A stretch of 64,000 nucleotides of DNA. Source: an archaeon (lineage in GTDB: Archaea > Methanobacteriota_B > Thermococci > Methanofastidiosales > NM3). The stretch is from positions 32,001-96,000 of the forward strand of contig RXIG01000002.1 of the NCBI GenBank assembly GCA_004212155.1. The letters run 5' to 3'. Shown here piece after piece: positions 19,062-28,535 of the stretch. The notes beneath the pieces were generated by a model. It saw only the letters and a list, made by a program, of their open reading frames with translations. It was not told the DNA's origin and did no database searches. Position numbers and translations under genes: made by a program. Positions within the stretch are counted from its first letter, which is position 1. Each line of letters begins with the position of its first letter.

Positions 19062-21311
19062 CTATCCCGTCAATGCCCCGTAGTCGATCTCAAGAATGTA
19101 GACCTTGTTGCGGGGATTTGACGTGTCCTCGTAGATGACTGTAAAGGCGTCGTTATTGAAGAACTTGTTCCAATTGACCGGCACGCCAAATCCGCCGCCG
19201 CGATAGGCTCCAAGCCATCCGCGCGTGGCCATGTTGTCAGAGATGTAGACGTGGGTGATCCCGTAGCGCTCCCCTATCGTTTTTGTGAGCCCGGGGTCTG
19301 ATGTTTTGTAGAAGTCGTAGATGTCGTCCTGGACCTGTGCTGGCGCCTTGATGTAGTCGTTGAAGTCGATGTTGCGCAGCGGGAACAGTCCTCCGATGAG
19401 CGAACGGCCTGCGCACACACCGCTAATCATCTGTCCCGTATAGTAGTCGGCCACGATGAGGTCGTCGCGTTCTGAATTCGCCTTGAACCACACGGCTGCG
19501 TCGTAGTCCTCGATGAGGACGCCCGAGTTTGTGATCTTGGTGTCCATGTCGTAGTCGGGCACAGAGAATCCTGTGAGTGTGAAGTAGCCGATGCATGCGA
19601 GAAATATCATGAATCCATAGGCGAACGCGCGCTTGTGCTTGCGCAGTTCCATGATAAACAGCGACGAGAGCAAAGCGAACGGTTGTGCGAGGAAGATATA
19701 GAAACGATACCCCTCGAGGGGCCGCACCGTCGTCTCCCACATGAGCCCGTATTCACGCACGATGGAGAGGATGTTCTCACTGAATACCTCATAGAGCATG
19801 AAGATCGTCCAGAGGATGAGAAATGTCTCGAAGGCATTGTTGAGTATGAAGCTTGTGCTCTTCTTGTCGGTCTGGTAGGAGAACAGCAGTGGTATGAATA
19901 TGATGGCGAGCACGCCAAGCAGCGCGCGCGTGGTGAGGAAACGCTCTGCGATGTCACGCAGCCCTATGGCAGCTGAAGTGTTCGTCGCTATGAGCGAGGT
20001 CGCAACGACCAGCAACACAAACGATGCGAACGTCAACAGCGGGGGTGCCCCGTGCCAGCGCCGCGCCAGGGGTGCGCTAATGATGGGGATGGCAAGAAAC
20101 ACGAACAGGACGACGACGAGGCTTACGATCGCAAGATAGCTTGGAGAAAACGAGCTCTGGTAGAAGATGAACGTCTTCGTCCAGGCGCCGATGTTCCCTG
20201 CGTTATGCGTGAAGAATGTGGCTATGGCGCCTATGAGCAGGGCATCGATCATGGCGACGATGAGCGCGAATGCGCGCGATGTCTTGAACGCCGTCACGAA
20301 GAGGAACGCGGCTATGGCGGCAAGCATCGAGACGACAGGCGTCGTGACGGTCTTGCCCGCGAATATGCCGCACAAGGCTGAGAGTATGATCGTGAGCACG
20401 GCGATGTGCCATGGATTTGACGTCGTGTCCCTGTTGACATATGAGAGACGGTCGACGAGAAGGTAGCCGAATCCGATGAATCCGAGTATCATGAACGGTG
20501 CGCCGTAGGCGGTGAGGTGTGAGCCGAACGTCTGGAGCAGCGTGGATGTCGTGATGATAAATATCCACCAGTAAAACAGGAAGTCGGGCAGCCACCACCA
20601 GCTCGAGATGATAAGGCTCACCACGAGGGCGATGGCGGTGAACTTGATCTCATTGCGCACGGGACGCCTGTCCAACTTGAGCGCTATGAGGTAGAGCAGC
20701 ATGAGGCCCACCGTAATGAAAAAGGAGAGATGGGTGAGGAAGTTGATCCCAAGCAGCACCCCTATCCCGAGCGCCGCGTTGCGCGAGAACCCGTATCTCT
20801 GCCGTGACAGGTAGACGAGCACAACGGGGATGACCATGAGCGTGATCACCTGCGGGTCGGCTATGGCGCTGTACAGTATGAACGAAGGTGTGATGGCGAG
20901 GATGATGAGTGCGATGCGTGCTACCATCTTGTCGTACCATTCACGCACAAGGAAGTAGAAAGGAATGGGGGTGAACGCCTCGATGAAAGGCACGATGCGG
21001 GTCATGACGGTGGGAAGGTCCATGCCCGAGATGACCGAGAGGCCTGCGAACCCTACCATCGAGAGGGGCGGATACCAGAGCGGGACATCGCCGTAGGGGA
21101 TGTATCGAATGTCTGGTATGGGCAATGAATGGTAGTCAAGGATGTGTTGAGACATGCAGATCCTATACCAGACGTCGCCGAGGAAGACGGGAAGATGGCT
21201 GTCCATCTCGAGCTTCGGGGCCAGGCGTATGAAGACGCCAAATCCGTAAATTATCAGGATAAGGAGGATATCGTGGTCTTTGAGCCATTGTAAGAGGGAT
21301 TTGCCTTTCAT
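19062..21311 (-). CDS. Polytopic GT-C (STT3/AglB-like) membrane glycosyltransferase-like protein
   Basis: Many TM helices; GDVWYR and PYG...WYPP in first external loop; C-terminal AAVWFKAN...IVADYYTG...YGITHVY domain resembling the AglB soluble domain. Confidence 0.6.
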   Translation of the reverse strand: MKGKSLLQWLKDHDILLILIIYGFGVFIRLAPKLEMDSHLPVFLGDVWYRICMSQHILDYHSLPIPDIRYIPYGDVPLWYPPLSMVGFAGLSVISGMDLPTVMTRIVPFIEAFTPIPFYFLVREWYDKMVARIALIILAITPSFILYSAIADPQVITLMVIPVVLVYLSRQRYGFSRNAALGIGVLLGINFLTHLSFFITVGLMLLYLIALKLDRRPVRNEIKFTAIALVVSLIISSWWWLPDFLFYWWIFIITTSTLLQTFGSHLTAYGAPFMILGFIGFGYLLVDRLSYVNRDTTSNPWHIAVLTIILSALCGIFAGKTVTTPVVSMLAAIAAFLFVTAFKTSRAFALIVAMIDALLIGAIATFFTHNAGNIGAWTKTFIFYQSSFSPSYLAIVSLVVVLFVFLAIPIISAPLARRWHGAPPLLTFASFVLLVVATSLIATNTSAAIGLRDIAERFLTTRALLGVLAIIFIPLLFSYQTDKKSTSFILNNAFETFLILWTIFMLYEVFSENILSIVREYGLMWETTVRPLEGYRFYIFLAQPFALLSSLFIMELRKHKRAFAYGFMIFLACIGYFTLTGFSVPDYDMDTKITNSGVLIEDYDAAVWFKANSERDDLIVADYYTGQMISGVCAGRSLIGGLFPLRNIDFNDYIKAPAQVQDDIYDFYKTSDPGLTKTIGERYGITHVYISDNMATRGWLGAYRGGGFGVPVNWNKFFNNDAFTVIYEDTSNPRNKVYILEIDYGALTG

Positions 21312-21325
21312 GCTTTGTTCCGTCC

Positions 21326-23470
21326 TTACTGTGTTGACAGGTCGTCTATGTTGGTGGCATAGATGTCCGGGTTGTCCTCTGCCGTTCCCGTCTGCATGCC
21401 GTCAAGGTCGTTTCGCCAATCGACCCACACGATGTATGTGGCATATACCTCAGGGCGTTCCTGATCGAGGACTGATGTCGTTACCTGGCGAATCGTGCCG
21501 CTCTCGATGTCGTTGAGGTAGATGTCCTTGTTGCCGTTGCGGTCGTCCTCCCAGACGATGTACTGTCCGTACACCGACGGATTGATCTGATTGGTGGGGC
21601 TGCTTGTCACCTGGGTCTGCACATTCGTTGTCAGATTGTACCTGAAGATGTCCCAGTTGCCGTTTCGATTGTCCTCCCAGACGACAGTATCGCCATGGAT
21701 CGATGGATTGAACTTGATCGACCGTCCGCTTGTGATCGTGCTTTCGTTACCCGTGGCGATGTCGTAGCTAAAGATGTTGAACTCCCCGAACCTGTTGTCG
21801 AGCCATATGATCGTATCATCGTAGATGCGCGGAGAGGTCTGGAACGGTTGCAGCTCGGGGTCGTCCATGGTGATGCGCTCCTCTTTTCCGTCCTCGATGT
21901 CGTACATGTAGATGTCCGAGTTGCCGTGGCGGTCGTCCTCCCAGACGATGACCGAGCCGTAGATGTCGGGATTCGTCTGATTGAACGGGTCGTTTGTGAT
22001 ACGCGAGGTCGCTCCGCTCTCGATGTCGTAGAGATAGATGTCCCAGTTGCCGTTTCGATTGTCCTCCCAGACGACCTTGCCCTGCCATGTGCGAGGATGG
22101 CGCTGATCGTTAGGGTTGTCGCTTAGGTTTACCTCGTCCGACGAATCGAGGTATTTGATGAAGATGTCCCATTTGCCATCCCTGTTGTCTTCCCACAGGA
22201 AAAACGCCCCTGCTCCCTCCATCTCCCCCATCACGGGGTTGTCCTGGTCTGCGAGGCTGCGCGTCACGGGAAATGTCAGGTCTCCCGTCGGTTCTATGGC
22301 CGTCTCGTCAAGCGCATAGACGGTAAGCGCAGTTATGACGAAAATGCCGATGAAGAGGGTGAGTATGCCTCGCCCACCGATGGGCAATCGCCTCTGTTTG
22401 CTTGTTTCCCTCTTTATCTTCGAGCGCTGGATGAGCGAGACACCGATGCCCATCACGGAGAGGAATCCGATCACGAGCAGCGAGAACACCATCTCGTTGC
22501 GTGTTATCTCGTTTTGGGTAAATGATGTGTACTGATATATGGTGCCAAAGATGCCACATGCCAGGATGAAGACGATGAGATGGTTCCATATATAGTTGAA
22601 TCCCCGCGTGTATGCGCTGATGACGTTGCCGGCAAGCGCCGCGAGGATGCCTATGTAGAGCAGCGGGAACGAACCATCGAAGAAGACGGTGAAGACGTAA
22701 CGCACCGATTCCCAGTTGAGGTAGGGCACCATGCCCCATTTGATGTTCTGGAATCCGTTGTAGGCGCCATACGCTGCGATGACGAGCGCTACGCTGTAGG
22801 CGATGAGCTTGATCTTTCTGGGCGTTATGCGCTCCCTGACGTAGTCGTCGACGCCAAACCCCTTGGCAAAGAGGTAGATGCCGACGATAGAGAACGTCGA
22901 GAACCACCCATACTTGGTGAACTCGGGAAAGAGGTAGGTGAACGCGTAGATCAGGATAATGATGCCGGGCAGCCCGAGAAGCAGTCCCGATACCTTGCGG
23001 TCCTCCATCATACGCTTGAGATAGCGGTGGAGGATGAAATAGGTGTCCTCCAGGCTCTCGCTTTGTTGCACCGTGACCCGTTCGATGGACACGAGTGACA
23101 ACTTCGATTGGAGTATGGGAAGGATGTTCTCGTCCTCCCTGCCGTCGGTCACCAGGATGGTGTTGCGCGTGTCATAGAGCGAGATGATCGTGTCGAGCTG
23201 CTCGGATATGACCATGTCTGATGTGACACCGACCTGCTTGTCGCCCGTCACACATGCAACATATACCTCGCGCCCCTCGGCCTCGAGCTGGTCGTAGAGC
23301 TTGATGCAGTGGAAAAGGACGTTGGTGTCAGATTCCGTCGGGTCCTTCACTCCCAGGGCAAGCGCAGTATCCATAAGTGCCTTTTTTCCCAGAATAGGGC
23401 CATTTATGCCTGTTTTATCTCCAATATCGTTGTCTCTGTCGACACCGAGAACGAGAATTTTTTTTTCCAC
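21326..23470 (-). CDS. DUF373-family membrane protein fused to a 7-blade beta-propeller
   Basis: N-terminal VDRDNDIG, DPTESDTN, VTDGREDE, VQQSESLE (DUF373), TM helices, then seven WEDxRxGxxDI-type repeats; GTG start. Confidence 0.75.
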   Translation of the reverse strand: MEKKILVLGVDRDNDIGDKTGINGPILGKKALMDTALALGVKDPTESDTNVLFHCIKLYDQLEAEGREVYVACVTGDKQVGVTSDMVISEQLDTIISLYDTRNTILVTDGREDENILPILQSKLSLVSIERVTVQQSESLEDTYFILHRYLKRMMEDRKVSGLLLGLPGIIILIYAFTYLFPEFTKYGWFSTFSIVGIYLFAKGFGVDDYVRERITPRKIKLIAYSVALVIAAYGAYNGFQNIKWGMVPYLNWESVRYVFTVFFDGSFPLLYIGILAALAGNVISAYTRGFNYIWNHLIVFILACGIFGTIYQYTSFTQNEITRNEMVFSLLVIGFLSVMGIGVSLIQRSKIKRETSKQRRLPIGGRGILTLFIGIFVITALTVYALDETAIEPTGDLTFPVTRSLADQDNPVMGEMEGAGAFFLWEDNRDGKWDIFIKYLDSSDEVNLSDNPNDQRHPRTWQGKVVWEDNRNGNWDIYLYDIESGATSRITNDPFNQTNPDIYGSVIVWEDDRHGNSDIYMYDIEDGKEERITMDDPELQPFQTSPRIYDDTIIWLDNRFGEFNIFSYDIATGNESTITSGRSIKFNPSIHGDTVVWEDNRNGNWDIFRYNLTTNVQTQVTSSPTNQINPSVYGQYIVWEDDRNGNKDIYLNDIESGTIRQVTTSVLDQERPEVYATYIVWVDWRNDLDGMQTGTAEDNPDIYATNIDDLSTQ
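21518..22075. repeat. Intragenic direct repeats of propeller blades
   Basis: Identical 40-mer at 21646-21685 and 22036-22075; near-identical segment at 21518-21560 and 21908-21950; both offsets 390 bp. Confidence 0.85.
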
Positions 23471-24081
23471 GCTTTATCCCCTTTATATGCGGCAATCGTA
23501 GTGTTTTCTATAAATGATTGTCTATAAAAAGTTTCTCTTCTTGTGGCTTGCACATAACGGCAACTTTGAACATAAAGGCCCAATTGGCTGAACATGAAGC
23601 TATGGCAATTTCCCATTGTTATAGGCTATTCCATACATATTCACTGTATGCGTTCTCATCCTAGTCTCTTTCGTGTACGCATATCAAACGCGCCAGGTGG
23701 CGCTGCGGGACTGCGTGTTCGCAGAGGCCTGTTCATACCGGCGACGGCAGCGTTGCCAACGCTGACGTGAACGTAGCATACTACATACTGAGAAAGACAT
23801 TTCCCAATGCGTTTGCGGGGATAGAGGATGCCATCTCGCATCCGGCACGCATGCCGCAGGCACTGCGTGCGAACGCACATGAAAAGATGCGACCTTATGT
23901 GCGAAGCCCCCTCTTGTAGAGGACCCAGGTAGGCCTACGTGATGGCCCACTCTTTCAAAAATGCGACGCATGGCGACAATGCTATCAAAAGGTCGTATGC
24001 ATTGATTATTTAAATGGCGCATGACCTCGTGGCCACTACGCATTGAAAATGAACAAAATCAGGAGGGTATGGAGTGTATTG

Positions 24082-24969
24082 CTAAAGGAAGTTGGATTCC
24101 TGTAGAATCCGCACTTCCTCGGTGCTTAGCTTCTCGCCGCTAATGAATCGGTCGTAGAGGTCTTTTGCCTGGACGTTGATCTCGTCCATCATCTTCTTGT
24201 TCTCTCTTTCCTTTTCCTTCGTGCGGCGGACATGTCCTTCAGCCTTTTTCTCGCCAATCTTGTCCCTGTGCCTGTTCATCTGGTCGCGTATCTTGCGAAG
24301 CTCGGCATAGGTGTTGTTGAGCACGGACTTCTTCGCTAAAAAGTCCTGATGCGCCTTGTCCGCCACCTTCTTGGTCTCGGATGCGCGCTGAGAGTAGTAT
24401 GTTACTCGCTCGTGATATTTGGCTGATTCCTGTGAGAACTCAACAACCTTTTCGTGTTCGGCATCGATATCCTTGCGAAGCTCGGATATCTGTTCGCGCA
24501 AGCTCTTGATCTTGTCACGCGTCTCCTTTGAGAGCTTCGTAGACTCAAGGTCCTTGCGCATATCGGCTATGTGAGTTATGAGCTTATTTTCCTCTTTGAG
24601 AGAGAGGACTGATGTTTCAAGTTTCCATTCCATCTCATCGATGCGCTTTTGCAGCTTGAATGGATTGGGAGAGGAACCGTCCTCATCGGTAAGTTCCTTC
24701 TTTATGCCCTTTAGCTCATCCTTTAGCTTAGAGAGTTCTTTGCGCTTTTCATCGCGTCGTTCCTTGTAGGCGGCAACTTCCTTGTTGGCCTCGTCCCTCT
24801 TCTCCTTAGCTTCCTTGAGCTGAGCCAATAACTCCTTGAATTGTTTATTGTTTTCATCTCTCTTTTTGATGCTTTCTTCTATTTCTGTCTTGAGAATATC
24901 GATTTTGTCTCTGAGCTCCTGATGTGATGTCTTTAATGTTCCAAGCTCTTTGTATAAGTCGTCTTCCAA
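24082..24969 (-). CDS. Archaeal long coiled-coil protein (COG1340-like)
   Basis: K/E-rich heptads, LETSVLSLKEE, ADKAHQ, GEKLSTEE; TTG start after GGAG. Confidence 0.75.
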   Translation of the reverse strand: MEDDLYKELGTLKTSHQELRDKIDILKTEIEESIKKRDENNKQFKELLAQLKEAKEKRDEANKEVAAYKERRDEKRKELSKLKDELKGIKKELTDEDGSSPNPFKLQKRIDEMEWKLETSVLSLKEENKLITHIADMRKDLESTKLSKETRDKIKSLREQISELRKDIDAEHEKVVEFSQESAKYHERVTYYSQRASETKKVADKAHQDFLAKKSVLNNTYAELRKIRDQMNRHRDKIGEKKAEGHVRRTKEKERENKKMMDEINVQAKDLYDRFISGEKLSTEEVRILQESNFL

Positions 24970-25113
24970 CTTGACTCCCCCGTAGAATTAGTCATACTTT
25001 ATGACATCCCTTTTTAAATTTTACCGTCTCGGACCCGTGTAGCCTCTTCATACCACCCCTCGGGGAGTAGTTAATTTTTTATAATAGCCGGCATTATGTC
25101 TCGATGGTGTTCC

Positions 25114-26520
25114 ATGATGTATCTCGTTCTCGGCCCCGGAACAGTGGGCTTTACGATCGCCTCGGCGCTCAAGGAGCGCGGGGAGACCGTAACGATCATT
25201 GAAAAGGAGGCCTCACGCGTCAAGGAGCTCAAGGAGAAGGGATTTGCCGTTATCGAGGGCGATTTTTTCTCTGCAGCATCGGCTGTGCGCAGGGCGATTG
25301 AGCAATCGAGCGTGATCTTCATCCTTACGGGCAAGGGCGAGACCAACAGCAAGCTTCTCACCTACGTTTATGACCTCAATCCCTATGCGTTCATCGTGGT
25401 GAGGGCCACGCGGCCCAAGGATGTCAAGGAGCTCAAATCCCGCGGTGCGGGTGCTGTGATCACGCCCCAGACGGCTATGGCAGAGGTCGCATTGCAGAAA
25501 CTCCATTCCATAGAGCGCATCGAGCGAGCGCGACGGCTGAAGCAGGGACTCAAGCGCGGAGAGCGTGTTGGCATCATCATGCATGATAATCCCGACCCCG
25601 ATGCGATCGCGTCCGCCATGGCGCTGCAAAGGATCGCCGATAAGCAGGGGGTCAGTTCGGACATCCTCTATGGCGGCAACATCGGCCACCAGCAAAACAA
25701 GGTGTTTGTCAATCTTTTGGGCATCGACCTTGTGCGCATCGACGAGTACAACAAATACCTCCTGAGGGGTTATGACCGCCTGGCGTTCGTTGACCTTTCA
25801 TCGGATGCGAACACGAGCATACTTCCGTCCGACATCACGCCTGATATCATCATCGACCACCATCCAAAGAGCGGGGACTATTCCCTCTCGGTGGAGGACG
25901 TACGAAGCCACATAGGCGCCGTCTCGACGATGCTGACGGAATATCTCGTCGACTTCGACATCGAGCTCAATGAATCGCTTGCCACGGCGCTGCTCTATGG
26001 CATCATGACCGATACCAACAACTTCAGGCGTCGCATATCCCGCGAGGACGTCGAGGCGGTGGCGTGGTTGCAGACGAAGGTCGACCAGGAGATGCTCTCG
26101 AAGATTGAAAACCCCACCATCTCATCCGAGGTACTAGACATCATCGGAAAGGCGGTGCTCGGTCGCGAGGTGGTCAACGGGTATGTCATATCGAACGTTG
26201 GCTACATCTCGAACAGGGACTCGCTCCCGCAGGCGGCCGAATACCTCCTCAATCTGGAAGGGGTCTCGACCGTGCTCGTCTTCGGCGTGCTCAACGACTC
26301 GCTCTACATATCTGCACGCACGAAGGATATCAAGCTCCATCTGGGACAGACGTTGGAGGAAGCGTTTGGCACCATCGGCTCGGCAGGAGGACACGTGTCG
26401 TCGGCCGGGGCGCGCATACCCCTTGGCATCTTTGGCATGATCGATGACAAGGAGATACTCAAGAGCCTTGCGGGCGAGGCGATAAAGAAGATGTTCCTCA
26501 AGGCAGTCGACGTTTACTAA
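25114..26520 (+). CDS. TrkA-N (RCK) plus DHH/DHHA1 phosphoesterase fusion
   Basis: GPGTVG Rossmann motif; HDNPDPD, IIDHH, GIMTDT, AGGH. Confidence 0.85.
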   Translation: MMYLVLGPGTVGFTIASALKERGETVTIIEKEASRVKELKEKGFAVIEGDFFSAASAVRRAIEQSSVIFILTGKGETNSKLLTYVYDLNPYAFIVVRATRPKDVKELKSRGAGAVITPQTAMAEVALQKLHSIERIERARRLKQGLKRGERVGIIMHDNPDPDAIASAMALQRIADKQGVSSDILYGGNIGHQQNKVFVNLLGIDLVRIDEYNKYLLRGYDRLAFVDLSSDANTSILPSDITPDIIIDHHPKSGDYSLSVEDVRSHIGAVSTMLTEYLVDFDIELNESLATALLYGIMTDTNNFRRRISREDVEAVAWLQTKVDQEMLSKIENPTISSEVLDIIGKAVLGREVVNGYVISNVGYISNRDSLPQAAEYLLNLEGVSTVLVFGVLNDSLYISARTKDIKLHLGQTLEEAFGTIGSAGGHVSSAGARIPLGIFGMIDDKEILKSLAGEAIKKMFLKAVDVY

Positions 26521-26529
26521 TCAATTTCT

Positions 26530-27183
26530 TTAGAATTCCTTCATGATGCGTACGCCATGCGAGGTGCCGATGCGCGTGGCGCCCGCTTCGATCATGTCCT
26601 TGACAGCCTCGAGCGTTGAGATGCCGCCTGCCGCTTTCACGCCCACGTCGTCGCCAACGACGCGCCTCATGAGCCTGACATCCTCAACGGTGGCGCCGTA
26701 CCTGCCGAATCCGGTCGATGTCTTGACATATGCAGCGCCCGCACGCTTGGCAAGCTCACATGCCATGACCTTCTCCTCGTCGAGCAGGTCGCATGCCTCG
26801 ATGATCACCTTCACGGGCACACCGAGCGCGACAACCCGTGCGATGTCGTCTTCCACATCGCCGAATCGCTGGGACTTGAGCGCGGCGAGATTGAGGACCA
26901 TGTCGAGCTCATCGGCCCCGTCGTCGATCGCGATACGGCCCTCCTCTGCCTTGGTCTCGGTCTTGTTCTGCCCCAGCGGGAATCCTACGACGCAGGCTAT
27001 CTTCGTGGGTGACCCGTCGAGATGCTCGCGCGCTGTGGCCACCCAGTATGGATTCACACATACTGCGCCAAATCCGTGTTCAATGGCCTCTTTGGCTAGA
27101 GCGGTGATATCGTCGTGCGTAGCGTTCCCCTTGAGTTGAGTATGATCGATCATCGCTGCTAGTCGTTCCCTGTCGATATCCAT
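26530..27183 (-). CDS. deoC: Deoxyribose-phosphate aldolase
   Basis: IDHTQL, VGFPLG, VKTSTGF, VKAAGGI, RIGTS. Confidence 0.96.
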   Translation of the reverse strand: MDIDRERLAAMIDHTQLKGNATHDDITALAKEAIEHGFGAVCVNPYWVATAREHLDGSPTKIACVVGFPLGQNKTETKAEEGRIAIDDGADELDMVLNLAALKSQRFGDVEDDIARVVALGVPVKVIIEACDLLDEEKVMACELAKRAGAAYVKTSTGFGRYGATVEDVRLMRRVVGDDVGVKAAGGISTLEAVKDMIEAGATRIGTSHGVRIMKEF

Positions 27184-27414
27184 ACATCTCACTTTGAATA
27201 CGATTTAATATACTTTACCATCTGGGCCTGAGCACCATCGGCGGCAAGGGCAGTATGTCATTATCGAGACGAGGGGAGAGTGGGCGTGGCCGAAGCAGAA
27301 GCATGGGCGCATTGTATCAGAAACTGAAGATGATTCTTCATTTGTACGTATCTGCGAATTATATTTACCAAAAGACTTTTAAGCTAGCTGCAAAGACTTG
27401 CATGGTGTCATTTC

Positions 27415-28440
27415 ATGTCCATAAAAGTAGGCATTGTCGGGTATGGAACCATTGGCAAGCGTGTTGCTGACGGTGTTGCTGCATCACCAGGCATGGAGGT
27501 CGCGGGGGTCACAGGACGCCGCTACGCATGCAAGATGGATATCGCCAGGCAGCGGGGCTATCCCGTTTACGTCGCACCCGATGGTGCGTCAGAGTTCCAG
27601 GACCGCGGATTCGAGGTCGGGGGCACGATGGAGGACCTTTGCGAGGAGGCGGACATCATCGTTGACGCCACCCCCAGCAAGGTACCTGCGCAGAACATGC
27701 CGCTCTACGAGGCCAAGGGCGTCAAGGCGATCGTGCAGGGTGGTGAGGACCATGCGCTTACCGGATTTTCCTTCTCGTCCCTTGCCAACTATGAAGAGGC
27801 GCTCAACAGGGAGCACGCCCGCGTGGTATCATGCAACACGACAGGACTCTCACGGCTCATCTCGACGCTCGATGGGGCATATGGTGTGGAAAATGTCTTT
27901 GTCACGCTCATACGCCGCGCCGCAGACCCGAAGGAATCGAAGAAGGGCCCAATAAACGCTGTGAAGCCCGTCATGGGCGTCTCACACCACGGCCCTGATG
28001 TGATGACGGTCATGCCGCACATCAATATCTACTCGATGGCCGTTGCCGTGCCTCACACGCTCTCACACGTTCACACGCTTCGAGTACGCCTTGAGACCCC
28101 GCCGACAAAGAGGGAGCTTGTTGAACTTTTCGATTCAACGCCGCGCATCGTGCTCAGGAAGGGCAAAGAGGGATTTTCCGACACGGCCCAGATAGCAGAG
28201 TACTATCGCGACTTCAGACCGCGCTACGACATGCCTGAGCTGTTCATATGGGACGAACCACTCGATGTCGTCGACAATTACGCATATATCATGGCCAATG
28301 TCCACCAGGAATCGATCGTCGTGCCTGAAAACATCGATTGCATCAAGGCCATGTGCGGCATGGAGACTGATAAGATGAAGGCGATCTACGAGACCGACAA
28401 GGCGCTTGGCATCGCTAAGGACAAGCGATGTTACACGTAG
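27415..28440 (+). CDS. gap: Archaeal type II glyceraldehyde-3-phosphate dehydrogenase
   Basis: GYGTIGKRVADG, QGGE, RVVSCNTTG, SHHGPD, HQESIVVPENID. Confidence 0.95.
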   Translation: MSIKVGIVGYGTIGKRVADGVAASPGMEVAGVTGRRYACKMDIARQRGYPVYVAPDGASEFQDRGFEVGGTMEDLCEEADIIVDATPSKVPAQNMPLYEAKGVKAIVQGGEDHALTGFSFSSLANYEEALNREHARVVSCNTTGLSRLISTLDGAYGVENVFVTLIRRAADPKESKKGPINAVKPVMGVSHHGPDVMTVMPHINIYSMAVAVPHTLSHVHTLRVRLETPPTKRELVELFDSTPRIVLRKGKEGFSDTAQIAEYYRDFRPRYDMPELFIWDEPLDVVDNYAYIMANVHQESIVVPENIDCIKAMCGMETDKMKAIYETDKALGIAKDKRCYT

Positions 28441-28535
28441 GTCAAAAATACCCCTAACCTTTATATTTTTCTTTTTTTGGCTGTAATTCCAATACTTTTT
28501 TATTCCTTTTGTAAGCAAGTAGTGAACGTGATACG

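Noticed and set aside
21518-22200. Regularly spaced repeats near the Cas4-like genes as a CRISPR array
   Set aside because: Period about 130 bp, degenerate and in frame within a propeller CDS; no leader or cas1/cas2.
23471-24081. RNase P or SRP RNA; short ORFs 23656-23880 and 23684-24043
   Set aside because: I could not find the conserved RNase P or SRP motifs on either strand; the ORFs lack recognisable motifs and normal codon usage.
25114-26520. RCK-DHH fusion as a novelty
   Set aside because: This architecture is already familiar from other euryarchaea.
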